Shown: positions 46,424 to 60,397 of the stretch, one piece after another
How positions within the stretch are numbered: position 1 is the stretch's first letter
How the letters are laid out: each line of letters opens with the position of its first letter
DNA from: Wallemia ichthyophaga EXF-994
Lineage: Eukaryota; Fungi; Basidiomycota
Reading direction: 5' to 3'
Assembly: GCF_000400465.1 (NCBI RefSeq)
Contig: NW_008806280.1
Span: 144,001 to 206,000, forward strand
DNA length: 62,000 nt
The notes under the pieces: generated by a model
The model's input: the letters and a program-made list of their open reading frames with translations, nothing else
Told to the model about the DNA's origin: nothing
Database searches by the model: none
Made by a program: the position numbers and the translations under genes

Positions 46424-49400
46424 ATGGCTGATCAACTCGAGTCTTTCATTGACAGACTCACCGGTGCTGTAGCGCTGCAGGATAGCCCGCTACCATCTAT
46501 TGTCGCCGAGGATTCCTCCGTGTGGGTGAAGCGCTTTCTTCACCTCCGATCTCCGATCTTAACGCCTAGGCTTTGCAGAACACTCCCAGTTGAATCGCAA
46601 TATCCAACAGACAAAGACAGCTCAACAACAGTCACGCGCTTGATCAACGACAGAAAAGCTGCCTTGTCTCTTCAGGCGTCTACCGCTCAAGGCGGTCCCT
46701 CTGGCTCCACCGCCACGACAGACGCACTCAACAATCTACTCAAGTTTGTCGCTTGCTTTGTTTTTTAGTGGATTTTAATGGCTCACTGTTTCCAGCTTCA
46801 TCGGTTCTACCTTTGGCGATGCTGATATGCACGATAAGATTGTGTTTGAGGTGTCTTCGCTGCTCAATTCCCCACGTTCCACGGACGATATCTCTTCTGC
46901 TCTAGTCGACACGCTTGGCTTCGATGCTCTTGATCTTATCGCCCAAGTTCTCTCCAATAGGGCTGAAATCGGTCTTGGATTGAATGACGTCGTGAGTTTA
47001 TCCGGTGTGTTACCTCACCCCTGCTCATCCCAATAGATGTCCTTGAACGCTCGCAACGCCGAGCAGCACTCTAAATCTCACAAGCGTGAGAAAGCACGCC
47101 ACAATGACTTGGAGGGTGCGTTTCGTGGTCTCTATCGCCAATGTCTCACCTTCCTCAGAATCCTACCTCACAATCAGCCCCGAAGAAGCTCGCAGGAGAA
47201 AGGAGGAAGAGCGCCAGCTAAACTCAAAGCGTCCATTATTCTCAAATGAAGGAGGCGTATGTGTCTGCATTTATCACCCATCATCAGCTGACACACTACA
47301 AGTCGATCGAAGAGCCAAACTATCCACATGTCTACAAGAATTCGGCCAATGGTGGTAATATCCTCTCCACTATGGGTTCTCGCTATATGCTACCCTTAGG
47401 CACAACGAAAGACCATTTCGACGTGGGTTGCATTTTATTACTAGCTATACTATCTAATATTACATCAAGAACTACGACGAAATCACTATACCTCCCTCAA
47501 AACCTATTCCACCAAAGATTCATGAACGCATCGTCGAAATTGGAGAAATGGACGCTCTCTGTCAACGATCTTTTAAGGTGTGCATCGCTTGCAATCGACT
47601 ACAACTGCAACTCTAATCTTCTGTCAGGGTTACGAAAAGCTCAATAGAGTTCAGTCTGTGGTCTACCCTACCGCTTACACAACTAATGAGAATATGCTCG
47701 TCTGTGGTGTGTATTAAAAGCGCTTAAACGACACCCACTAACATATCATAAAGCACCCACCGGAGCTGGTAAAACAGACGTTGCTATGCTCACAATTTTG
47801 AGGGTTGTCTCACAGTTTGCGGATGAGAACAAACTTACTTTTGGTCCTGGAAAGGGCAAAGGGTCTGCAAGTTTTGGTGTTAGGCTGGATGACTTCAAAA
47901 TTATCTATGTCGCACCAATGAAAGCACTGGCCGCTGAAATCACAGCCAAACTCGGCAAACGTCTAAGTTGGCTCGACATCAAAGTGAGAGAGCTAACAGG
48001 TGACACACAATTAACAAAAGCGGAAGTCAATGCAACTCAGATTATTGTCACCACGCCAGAAAAATGGGACGTTGTTACACGGAAACCAACTGGCGAGGGT
48101 GATCTCGCCTCAAAGGTCAAGCTGCTTATTATCGATGAAGTTCACCTGCTCAATGAAGACAGAGGTGCAGTTATTGAAACTATAGTTGCCAGAACTTTGC
48201 GCCAGGTTGAAGCTACCCAGTCTCTTATTAGAATTGTCGGTCTCAGTGCTACTTTGCCCAATTATGTCGATGTAGCCGATTTCCTTAGAGTGTCACGATA
48301 CAAGGGACTGTTCTATTTTGATGGCTCCTTCAGGCCAATCCCGTTAGAGCAACACTTTATTGGCGTCAAAGGCAAGCCGGGAAGCTCCCAATCTAAGAAA
48401 AATCTTGACCAAGCAGCCTATGAAAAAGCTGTCGAGCTAGCTGAGCAGGGTCATTCAGTTATGGTGTTTGTTCATGCTCGTAAAGAGACAGTCAAGACTG
48501 CTGAAACGTTGCTCGAGTATGCTAAAAAAGACAACCAGTTGGAAGCATTCGACTGCTCTGAGCACCCCCGTTATCATATACACAAGCGTGACATTGCACA
48601 GTCGAGAAACAAAGAGATGAGGCAGCTATTTGAAAAGGGCTTCGGTATACATCACGCTGGTATGCTTCGTTCGGATCGTAATATGATGGAAAGAATGTTC
48701 GAAGATGGTGCTCTCAAGATATTGTGTTGCACCTCTACACTTGCTTGGGGTGTTAATTTGCCGGCCCACGCTGTCATCATTAAGGGAACTCAAGTTTACG
48801 ATAGCAGTAAGGGTGCTTTCTCTGATCTTTCCATTCTCGATGTACTACAAATATTTGGTAGGAGTGGTCGACCTGGCTACTCGACGAGTGGTGTGGCATG
48901 GCTGTGTACATCTTATGAAAAGCTCGATGATTATATTCAAGCTGTTCTGTCCTCCCATGCAATTGAATCCAAATTCCATACCGGAATCGTCGACGCTTTA
49001 AATGCTGAAATATCTCTAGGCTCTGTCTCTAATGTAAGTGAAGCTGTTCAGTGGTTATCGTTCACATATATGTTCGTGCGCATGAGGAAAAATCCACTAA
49101 TGTACGGCATGGATCACGATGAACCACTCAATGACCCGCTTCTTGGGAACAAGCGCAACATGCTGATAATGTCAGCTGCGCGTCAACTAGCACTAGCAAA
49201 GATGATCAAGTTTGATGAAAATGACATGATGTTCGAGTCGGACGATATGGGTAGAATTGCTTCAAGGTTCTACATATGTCATGAATCCATCAATATCTAC
49301 AATAAAGAGCTCAACCCAACTATGTCGGAGGCTGATATTATGAGTGTCTTGTGTCAATCAGTGGAGTTTGACCAGATACAGATGCGTGATTCTGAGGTGC

Positions 49401-51763
49401 CTGAGCTTAAGCATCTCATGGAAGACATCTGTCCGTGTCAAGTCAAAGGTGGCACAGATACCAGTCAGGGCAAATGTAACATTCTCCTGCAAGCTTACAT
49501 TAGTAGAGCCTATATTGATGACTTTGCGTTGGTGTCTGACTCCAACTATGTTGCACAGAATGGCGCAAGACTGATACGAGCCCTACTCGACATTGGTCTC
49601 AGTAAAAAGTGGGCGGTGACGACATCTGGAGTTATCTCAATGAGCAAAGCCCTAGAGCAACGTTTGTGGCCGTATGAGCATCCTATGAAACAGCAATTCG
49701 GTCTCAGAAACGAAGTCATTTACAATATTACTCGCTGGGCAGATGAAACTACGATACAAGAGTTAGCTGAGCTCAGTCCAGCGGAGCTAGGTAGTTTGAT
49801 TCATCTCAATGAATCACATGGAGCAGCTCTGCATAGGATTGTTAAGAGTTTCCCTACCCTTTCTCTCAGTGTATACTTGAAGCCGCTTAGCCATGAGGTC
49901 CTCAAGCTGCAAATACACGCAAAGCCAAAATTCGCCTGGAATGAAAGAATAAGTGGCACGATGGAAAATTTCTTCTTAATTGCTGAGAGCGAAGACGAGC
50001 TCGATATCTTGCAGTGGACCAACGTTCAAATCAGGCCCACTACGGAGGAAACTAGTATTGACTTCATTTTGCGTATAGAAAACGATAAGAAGCCAGACTT
50101 TATCACCTTGAGATCGGCTTCTGAGAGATGGCTAGGATCTGAAGATCTTGTGTCGGTGTCATTTGAGGATCTGATCATGCCGGCTTCACCTAGTCCTCCA
50201 ACGGAGATTATTGATTTGCCATTCTTACCAGTGTCGGGACTCAGCAATTTAAAGCTTGAGCAAGCCTTGAACAGTATAGGTATCCGTAATTTCAATCCAA
50301 TTCAGACTCAGTGCTTTGAGCCATTCTATGTCTACTCAGACAATGTGCTGCTATGCGCTCCTGTTTACGCAGGCAAGTCAATTCTTTCTCAATTATCGAT
50401 TTGGTGCGTAGTGCGCGTTATATGAGTGCATCTTTTGCTAAACGAAGCATTCAGGAAAGCATTCACATTACAGCGCAACACACGTGCACTTATAGTTACG
50501 CCAACAGCTACTTTGGCCCGTGAGACTGCCCACGTGCTTACTACAAAGTTTTCCAAAGCGATGAGTGTCAATGTCCTCAACCTGCATTCAAAGGCAGAGC
50601 AGCGGGAGTCACAGCTGAAGCAAAATAGGGTTGTGTTTGTTGCGAGTGCGAATGTGCTCCAAGATCTACTCTGCAGTGGACAGAAAGATCAGCTTCTGGA
50701 TGACCTGTCGATATTAGTTGCAGACGATTTGCATCTTATGGGCTCCGCTTATGAAATAGCTCTGTCAGTAGTGAAGCAATCTGTCTCAGATACACGCTTT
50801 ATCGGGATCAGCGCATCTCTCGATAACATTGAAGACCTGAGGAAGTGGCTGCGCGTTGATCCTGCGCTTACATACAATTTTGCACCAAAACATCGTACGC
50901 TGCCGATAAGCACTAATGTTCAATCGCACTCAGTCGTGCCAACGTCTGCTTTCATGAAAGCTCTTATTAAGCCAACGTACGCGCTCATCAAAATAGCTCC
51001 CAAAGGAGCAATAATATTTGTCCCTACACGCACTCAATGCAGAAGTGTTGCGTCAGATTTGATTACGCTCTCGGCAACGGATTCAGATTATATTGGACTG
51101 GCGACCGAAGAATCTGTAGCGCTGGAACCCTACCTCGATAGATTATCTGACAAGACTTTGGTGGGATATCTTGTCAATGGCATAGGAATTTACTACACTG
51201 GCTTGCCTTTAGAGGATCTAGCATTGATCTTGGAGCTTTTTTTGACGGGTGTGCTACGCGCATTGATCGTTCCCAGAGATATGTGCTGGTCGTTGCCGGT
51301 ACGCGCTTCAACAGTGTGTGTGATGAACACCCAGTACCTGTCTACAAAGAATGTCAAGGACAGCAGTGGACAGGAGAAGGCTGACAAACAGGTGCAAGAG
51401 TATTCACTTTCGGAGGTCGCTCATATGCAGGCATTCGCGAGCGCAGACGTTGAAGGCGATAGCGAGGCTACACGTACTTGTGTATTGATGGCGCAGGAAA
51501 ATGGGAACAAGGAGCTTTATTCGTACTTCCTCAATGCGGGTCTTCCACTTGAATCACGTTTGAGTGAGGATGATGAACTGCTCTATTATGTCAAGCACGA
51601 GAGGAATTACGGCAGGATAAAGGATGTTGGGCAAGTCGACAAGCTACTCAAGCAGACGTATTACGTCAGAAGATCTAAGACAAACCCAACTTATTACGAT
51701 GCCAAAGGCGATGGCGTTAGGGCATTGGCGAATAAGATATGGAATGCATCAAGTGATGTGTAA
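46424..51763 (+). CDS. SLH1: Ski2-like helicase Slh1/ASCC3 (ribosome quality control)
   Basis: YPHVY pre-helicase motif, [56 protein letters not shown] and a Sec63 domain. The second cassette is degenerate. Confidence 0.92.
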
Positions 51764-51929
51764 ATGCATTATTAGACAATTTTCTTATCTTAATTGAGAC
51801 AAATTGACAAGACAGAGGATATTGCGTGTTCGTCGAAATGAGTATTGGGCGCAGAGCTTTTGCTGTAAGCTATACGTATACATTGTGATTTCGTTTGAAA
51901 CATTCTTCCTTTATAACCATCAACGGAGA

Positions 51930-54900
51930 ATGCGCAGGCTAGGTTTCTTTCTGACAGCTTGCTTGGCTTATGTAAACGCTGATCTACACACGCCGCCCCC
52001 GGTACACGTAGACGTGCAAGCTAGTTGGAGCCAGCCGCCTTACTGCGAGATAGCGATGTGAGCAATGAAGCTGCAGTGCGATGCGTCTAACAAGACGAAG
52101 GGAAGCAGCCTACAGACTACAACCAGGAATGTTTGGCAGGCTATTGGATACCATTGATTGCACAAACACGCCAGAGAAGATATATACCCAAGTAAGAAGT
52201 GAAATCACTAAGTCGAAGCAGTCACTGTTCGATCTTCATATGGCCCTGGAATCAAGCTCACCGGCAATAATAGCCTCCAGAAGCATATTAGAGAGCGAAG
52301 GATTTTCATTTGATCCGGAATGCCCGAATTTTATCAGCTATCAAGGCCGCAAGATATGTGACGTAGACGAGGTTAGTACACTCGACCAACAAGCTTGGCC
52401 TGAATCAACGTGAGTTGCATTCACTGTCAAATTACTCCAACTAAAGGCATCAGCGCGATCGTTGATACCGCGATCGACCATATTCTCTCAGAGCCTTCAT
52501 CTGCAGCCCCGCCAACTATCATCCACTACGCAGACCCAACTGCGCACAATTTCAAAAGTTTCTATGACTTCTTTAAGAAGCGCACGAAAGTCTTGAAGTA
52601 CGTCATACGATGGGCACCCACCAACGCCTCGTCTCAGCCTCAAAAATTGGCGGGATGGGGTGTCAAGTTGGATCTTAAGAAGCGCGAGTATCTCTCACTC
52701 GACGATAGAACTGTTTCAAAGAGGGCTGATGATATCAAGACAAACGTAATATCCAGTGAGGACTACAATTTCCTGCCACGCAAGCTGCAAGAGGCTTTTG
52801 GCCAGTCTCTCGTCAATTTTGAAGGAAATGACAATATCAAGACATTGTCCAGCAACTTAATCGCTCTCTTGCAGCAATCAGACAATCAATTAGAGTTACT
52901 GAACACAATTTCCCAGAATCTCCCTCTGTTAGCCCCTGCTCTTGCTGATGGCGCTTTTGAAGGAGCAGAAAATGTGCTTAACGAGCTTTCATTCAATCAG
53001 GACAAGTACCTCAAAGCCGGACAGAATGCTATCTGGCTGAACGGACGTAGGATGTATGATAAAGACCTTGAGCCATTCACGTAAGTCTGAATCAACAAAG
53101 ACCACAACTCTAATAGTACCAGGCTTTTACGTCAACTGGAATCAGAGAATTTGCTCATTGGCGCTATCACAGATTTGGGTTTTTCTAGATCTGATGCGAT
53201 CAAAGTACTCAGTCATCGCGCTCTGTATGCATCTCAAATTATCAGACCAGATTCAGTAGCTGATGGCCTGGTTGATGCTTCAGATAGAATCGAAGAGGGT
53301 GGTGTAATTAGGTGGATGAACGATTTGGAGGATCACAAACAGTACAATGGAAAATTTTGGTCTCCCTATATGCGCAACCTGCTTAATCCTCTTGGAAAAG
53401 TAGCGAGAAACTATCTCAATGGGGTTCTCGTGATTGACTTATCAAACAAACAAGCAATTGAAATGTTATCAACAAACGTGAGAGCGTTCATCGATCGCGG
53501 CATCCCTGTGCGCTGGGGCGTTGTTCCTTACATTAATCCTCTCAATCATGACAGTAAGTCAGTTTGAGGTGCGGATTTGACTCACATACTGTTAGGTTTG
53601 ATGGCTGCAAAGCTGTTTTATGGCTTGATTGATAGCAGAGGAGTTGATACATGCCTAAACTACTTTGCTGAGGCTGTCGCTTACACAGGCACTTTTGCTG
53701 AAAGAGCAGAAGCTGCTTACTCTAATCTTCCAAGTGTGAATGGCACATTGTCTCAAGACGAGTTCGACACGACTGTGAAAAGCAAAGCAGTGAAAAATGA
53801 TTTAAAGAAAGCTCAAAGCTATACCAGACGTCTCGGCGTTAGTCCCGGTGAACATGAAGAGAGTTTTGCTGGTGAAATTTTTATCAACGGCCAACCTGTG
53901 CAGTTTGATGATGTGAGAGGCGCTTAGCATTCTCAAGCTCTACTGATAAGCTCCAGAAAACGATACTTACTCTTCAAGAACATATTACCTCGCAGACTGA
54001 AGCAATCACAAAGGCCGTTCGCAATGCTGAAATCGACGAGCGCAGTGATGTTTCTGTATTCTACTACGACAAGTCATCCACATTGAAACGCCGCAACAAG
54101 TATTTGCAACCCTCAAAAAAAAAAGCACACTATATCCAAACATATCCAAAATTGCTGGATGGTCCGTATGTTACTCCGGAGACACAAGATAGAACGGATG
54201 TAACGATATGGCTTGTTTCTGATTTCAACAAACCAGAAAGCCTTGAACTGATCAAACACGCACTATCAGGCATGATTATAAGTCCAACATTTAGGCTTGG
54301 CTTTGTGCACAATCCATCTGAATGTGAAACTGCTACTGGGACTATAAGTCAAATGTTAAGGATGCTGCCAGACAGAAGCTCGCCATTGGAATTTATCGAT
54401 GCGTTACAGAATCGTGGCGAGATTAGAGAAGATGCCGATGGGATAGTAAATGCTGGCGCTTGGATAAGCGAGACAGGAATCAACCCAGGTGATTCTGGAC
54501 TCATCGTAAATGGTCGCGTCATCGGTCCTATACCACCTAATGGCCTTGTCGAAGAAGATTATGTGTACTTATTCCAACGTGATTATGCGGAACGAGTGCT
54601 GCCGGTTGTCAAAGCCTTAGATGAGACATGCCCGCACCTACTCCAGGATGATCCAGACACTGTCGCTACTCTGCTGTCTAGGCTTGGCTCACTACTATGG
54701 AAAACCAATCAAAATGAGCAGCCAGAAGGAATTTACGAGCCTCCTTATACACCTAGAGCGCGCGTTTGGAATCGATTGCATACTAAATACACGTCTATAC
54801 AAGTAGGCAAAGAGCTGTCGTCCCAGTATTCGTTTGATGTGGTTTTGGATCCAATGAGCGAGCAAGGCCAAAAGCTGACAAAGATATTGATCGCTTTAGC

Positions 54901-56706
54901 TGAAACTGGAGATGCGCATATAAGAATAGCGTTCAATCCAGACATCAGCATTGAAAATCTTCCCACCAATCGCTTCTACAGATTTGCCATGAATTCAAAG
55001 CCGCACTTTAATCAATATGGCCAGAGCATAAATCAAGCCGTTCAATTCGTACAGATGCCAGCTGATGCATTGTTCACACTGGAACTCGACCCTCCACAAT
55101 CCTGGATCGCTAGACCTGTGTATGCACCAGTAGATCTAGACAATCTCAATCTTGTTACAGCGCCGTACAAAGACCTGAATGTAATCTTTCAGCTGGACAA
55201 GATAGTTGTTGATGGGCATGCCAGAGACTCAAAGACAAGTTTGCCTCCGAGGGGCCTTCAGGTTGCTTTGAAACACGGCCAAATTGATACACAAATAGTT
55301 GCAAATCTTGGTTATCTGCAACTAGCAGTGACGCCCGGTCAGTGGTCTCTCGAAATCAGAGAAGGTTATGGCAGGCAAGTATACGAAATCGAGAGTTTAG
55401 GAAGCCTAGGTTGGAATAGCCCCACAGTCGATGAAGGCTTCGAGACATTCATGTTGGATAGCTTTGAAGGCGTCAAGCTTTACCCAAGGTTTAAGAAAAA
55501 GCCAGGTATGGAGGGAGTTGACGTGCTTTCCGAGCAGCGCGAGACAGGTTTGGTACCTTATGCGAAGGCAGCTATTTCAACGTGAGTTTTTACGAATTTT
55601 GAAGCTTTTTCTTAGACGGTGACAGACTTAAATCGTTCTTGGGCTTCACATATGAGTCTGATCATGCGGATATCAATATTTTTACTGTAGCTTCCGGTCT
55701 GCTGTACGAGGTGAGCTCAGAAATTAGATGACCAAACGATTCTTACACAAACAGCGATTTGCTTCTATCATGATACTTTCGGTGCTAAAGCACACGAATC
55801 ATTCCGTCAAGTTTTGGTTCATCGAGAACTTTTTGTCGCCCTCGTTCATAGAGTTTTTACCACACCTGGCTAAGGAGTATGGCTTCAAGTATGAGCTTGT
55901 TACTTACAAATGGCCGAGCTGGCTACGTCCACAAAAGGAAAGACAAAGAATGTTGTGGGCATACAAAATTCTCTTCCTCGACGTCCTCTTTCCAATGAGT
56001 CTCGACAAGGTGATTTTTGTAGATGCTGATAACATAGTAAGAACAGATCTCAAACAGCTAATCGATGTAGACTTGCACGGTCGTGCTTATGGCTATCCGC
56101 CGATCGGGATGGATAGGGAGGAGATGGATGGCTACCGTTTTTGGACAGAAGGGTATTGGAAGGACTATTTGCGCGGTCGCAAGTACCATATCAGCGCGTT
56201 GTACGTGGTGGATCTGAAGAGATTCAGACAGATTGCCGCGGGAGATCGTTTAAGGGGGCAATATCAAGGTCTTTCTGCTGACCCTGGCTCACTTGCAAAC
56301 CTGGATCAAGATTTACCCAACAATTTCCAAACAGAAGTGCCTATCTGGACGCTTGACGGGTCTTGGCTGTGGTGTGAAACTTGGAACTCAGAGGAGAGCA
56401 TAACACAGGCAAAGACGATTGATCTTTGCAACAACCCAAAGACAGTGAGTGTCTCATCCGCTATATTCAAATATTCACAACGCACAGAAAGAACCCAAGC
56501 TAGAAAGAGCGCGCAAGATTCCCGAATGGACAGAATATGATGATGATATCCGACAATTTAGTGACAAGCTCGCAAAAGAAAAGCTAATTAAGTCATTGCT
56601 CGTTACAGAAACTGAAGAGCTGGCGCAAGGCCCGAAGGCAGCAGCAGAGGAAGCGCCGACAGCACCAGATTATTTCAAAGATAACCACAGAAAAGACGAA
56701 TTGTAG
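51930..56706 (+). CDS. UGGT: UDP-glucose:glycoprotein glucosyltransferase
   Basis: Signal peptide, [73 protein letters not shown] and C-terminal KDEL. Confidence 0.95.
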
Positions 56707-56906
56707 ATAAAAATTAATTTGAAGCCGATCAGTTGACGCCATGTGCGTATACGCAGCAAGATCCTTATCGTGAGGTTGTGGGTGGTAGAGGAAATAAGCG
56801 AATCAAGGCAGCTACCAGCGTTGGAGTACTGTATGATACTCCAAGTGACTGCTGGCTGACTGCTGGGGATTGCCTCTCTCACCTCAACCACCATCACTTG
56901 CGACTG

Positions 56907-59900
56907 ATGAGTGCAATCGTGGTCCTTCCCAACGGCTCCACGCTTGATGTGTTACATACCAGCGCATCAGACGCCCTGCACGAGCTGTCGACTGTCCAAA
57001 TTTCGCTGACTTGGATACATGTAATTAGGAAGTACTGGCTCCTCGGAAAGCTGCGAGATGCCGAGACTATTTGCACTAGGGCTGCTGAATGTGAGTCCGC
57101 TGTCTTGGACCACCTGTTTCTCACAGCTCGCAGTATTCCAGCGCGACGCTCTTAGTATCTCCAAGCTGTCGACTCTCAAGGGAAATCTCTATTTGGACAT
57201 TGCAAGGGAATCCCCAAAGATTTTGCTATCAAATCCCAGTGAGGATGTCCACGCCGGTGACACCAAATGCCGCAAGGATTACATGCTCGCTGCCGCCGCT
57301 CAATTTGTTAGTGCCGATAAGTCGCTCCAAAGCATCGGTGAAGTCTCTCAGATCAATTCACCACTCTATCTGGGCAAGGCGTCCTTGCAATTGGCGCAGG
57401 GAAACCTTGATGAAGCCTTTAAAACGTTTAACGCCATTCTCAAGAACCATACTCGCAATGTCTTTGCTTTGATGGGCAAAGCAAGAATATTGCACGTCAA
57501 GCGTCATTACGCTGAGGCTTTGCGCGTCTATCAGGATATTCTTAGGATATCTCCTCGCGTAAAACCAGATCCAAGGATCGGCATTGGTTTATGCTTTTGG
57601 CAACTCAAATGCCCCCTTGAAGCAAAGGCTGCATGGGAAAGAAGCGCTGCTCTTGTGAGTCTATTCACACCCTTCTCAACGTCGCTTATTTGATTTAGAA
57701 CCCCAATTTGTACGCTCCACAGCTTCTGTTGGGTCTTCTGAACATCAACGACGCTAAAAAGCCTGATGAGCAAGATCACTACCGTGTTAAGGCGTACAAC
57801 AGGGGTATCAGATACGTACATACTGCATATAAACTCAACGAAAAAAACTCCAACGCCGCAAATGTTCTATCGTACTACTTCTTGGGTAAACGGAAGCTTC
57901 CAGTGGCAATAAAGTATGCTGAACGCGCAATTCAATATGCTGATGCTATACCCGTTCTTGTCGATGCTTACAACAATTTAGCACGCGTACACCACCTTAG
58001 CGGAAATACTGATGAAGCTCTTCGCTGCTACAAAGTCGCATTGGAGCGCTCTCCAAATAATATTGTGGCGCAGCTTGGTCGAGGACAGCTGCTTCTGAAC
58101 GATGAATCATTAACGCAGGCTGTTCACCATTTTGATAAGCTGGTTCAATCTCAGAGTCAAAAAGGATTGGCAAATCCAGAGGCTTTGTTAGTTCTCGCAA
58201 CTTTGCGCTCAAAAGTTTTGCCTGGTATATCTACGAATGAGCTACAAAAGAACAAAGAATCCGCTCGCGAGTTGTTCGATAAGTTTTTGAAAACGGTGTC
58301 GAAAGCATCCTCACCACATGAAACAGTCAGAGGTCTCGGTAACGAAGCTGAAACTTACGTTGAACTGGCTAGGCTTTGGGAGAAAGACAATATAAAGAAA
58401 TCCAGTGAGGCTTACGAGCGGGCATGTAATGTACGAAAAGAGCAAAATCTTTCTATGCCGATCGAGCTTTTGAACAATGTTGCAGTGCTTACAGCAAAGA
58501 TTGGCAATGTGGATAATGCAGTATCTTACCTCCAAGAGGCAGTTACTCGACTTGATAATGGTGAATCTAATACAAGAGACTTTTGCATTAGGAATATAGA
58601 TATCAAGCAACATATTTGTACTATGAAATACAACTTGGCGCGGATTCTTGAAGACGGAAAAGATGTTCAACATGCCAAGAAACTTTACATGCAAGTCCTC
58701 GAAATTCATCCAGAGTACTTTGAATGTAAAGTGCGACTCGCTTCACTTTATATGGATGAAAACATGCCAGATGAAGCTCACACATTACTCAAGGAGGTGC
58801 TCACAACGTGGAATGACCACAAGAACTTAAGAGCATTCTACACAAACTTCTTGATGCGATATGATATGTCGTCAGCCAAACGGTTCTGCGATGATACACT
58901 GAAGAAGGTCGCACCGAATGATATCTATGCACTTTGCGTGTCGGGCTGGGTTACTTATGTAAAATCAAGGGATATGCGCCCAAAAGTTGGAACCTCAGAA
59001 GTGAAAGACCGGGAAAGACAGTTCAGAGAGGCTATAATTTACTGGGAGAAGGCTTTGAGGTATGATCCAAAATGTGTTTATGCCGCTCAAGGACTTGCTA
59101 TCGCTATAGCAGAGAACGTTGTTCCAGATCCATCACGTCGAGATGGTCAAGAGCCAAGTGAAGAAGAAAATACTAAGGCCAGACGCGATGCGCTTGGAGT
59201 ATTTGCCAAAATAAGAGACTGTCTGGATGAGGCATCAGTTTATATCAACATGGGACATTGCTTCTACGCTCAGGATGAATTTGATAAGGCGGTTGAAGTC
59301 TACGAGCACAGCTTAGCTAGACATGAGGAGGTATCGTCGCTGTTACATGCTTGCAGGGCTAATTACAGCAAGGGAGTCCAAAAGTCGGATTTCAAATTTC
59401 TCGAGAAGGCACTGGCTTATGCTCAAACTGCAACAAAGAAGTCACCTAAGGACAAGTCTGTCAAGTACAATATAGCTATGATTGAGCAGAAAATGCTACA
59501 AGTAGTGCTGGATACACCAATCGAGAAGAGGGCTCTTAGGGATTTGGAGAGAGCTATAGAATTATCACCAGAATCACAGGAGTTATTCGGTCAGTTAGCT
59601 GCTGAGGAACCTGCAACAGTGCCATTTAGCATAGACCTTGCCGAGCAGCGTCAGGCGTTTGGTGAGGGACTCGCCGTGCGTGGGCCTGGTGAAATCGAAA
59701 AGCAGCAGGCGTATGAGGCAGAGAAGGTGGAGAAGAGTGAAAAGTACAAACTGGAGAAGGAGGCAGCTCAACAGAAAGCGAAGGAAGATGAGGCACACAG
59801 ATTAGATATGATCAAAAAGCGCAGCGAGGAGTTGGCGGAGAAACGCAAGCAGGCGCAAGAGGACATAAAGAATTTACGAGAAACACTTAAGGCAGAAGAA

Positions 59901-60254
59901 GAAGCCGAGGAGAGGAGTAAGAGCGAGAAGAAAAACAAGACCAAGAGGAAAGGCTCTGAGGATGGCCAAAGTGGTGATGAAGAAGCGCCAAAGAAACCTA
60001 AGCGCAAGACGAACAAGAAGAAGAAGCTTCGCAAGAAAGCGGGGTCAGACGGCGAAGAGAATGGAGCTGCACAGGACGAGAATGGCGCTAAGCAGGAGAA
60101 TAGCGCTAAACAGGAGAATCAATCAGCGTCTGAGGGCGAAGATGGGAACGATGGAGAGGAGAATGAGAAAGCAAAGCCATCCAAGCCAATGAGCCGGAAA
60201 AGACCGAGCTCAGTTTCAGAAGATGCTGAGAGGAAGAAAGCTAAAACGTCGTGA
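56907..60254 (+). CDS. CTR9: Paf1 complex TPR subunit
   Basis: Extended TPR array (PDPRIGIGLCFWQL, NVFALMGKARI, YAAQGLAIAIAE, VYINMGHC), then a charged C-terminal tail. Confidence 0.92.
60057..60119 (+). repeat. Imperfect 18-21 bp coding tandem repeat (EN(G/S)AKQ) in the CTR9 tail
   Basis: gagaatggagctgcacaggac gagaatggcgctaagcag gagaatagcgctaaacag gagaat. Confidence 0.7.
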
Positions 60255-60397
60255 GTGCTAACTGATAACAGCGGAGACACAATTGACAGAAATACAGGCA
60301 GCTTTCCAAAGAGGTAATCTCAGATTCTGGAGAAGAATAATTTTGTAAAGTTAAATATTTTATCTAACGCTTGACTTGACTTTGTGTAGATACGCTG

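Noticed and set aside
56821-56844. 8-bp inverted repeat TTGGAGTA-N8-TACTCCAA upstream of CTR9
   Set aside because: Several such hairpins are expected by chance in 62 kb.
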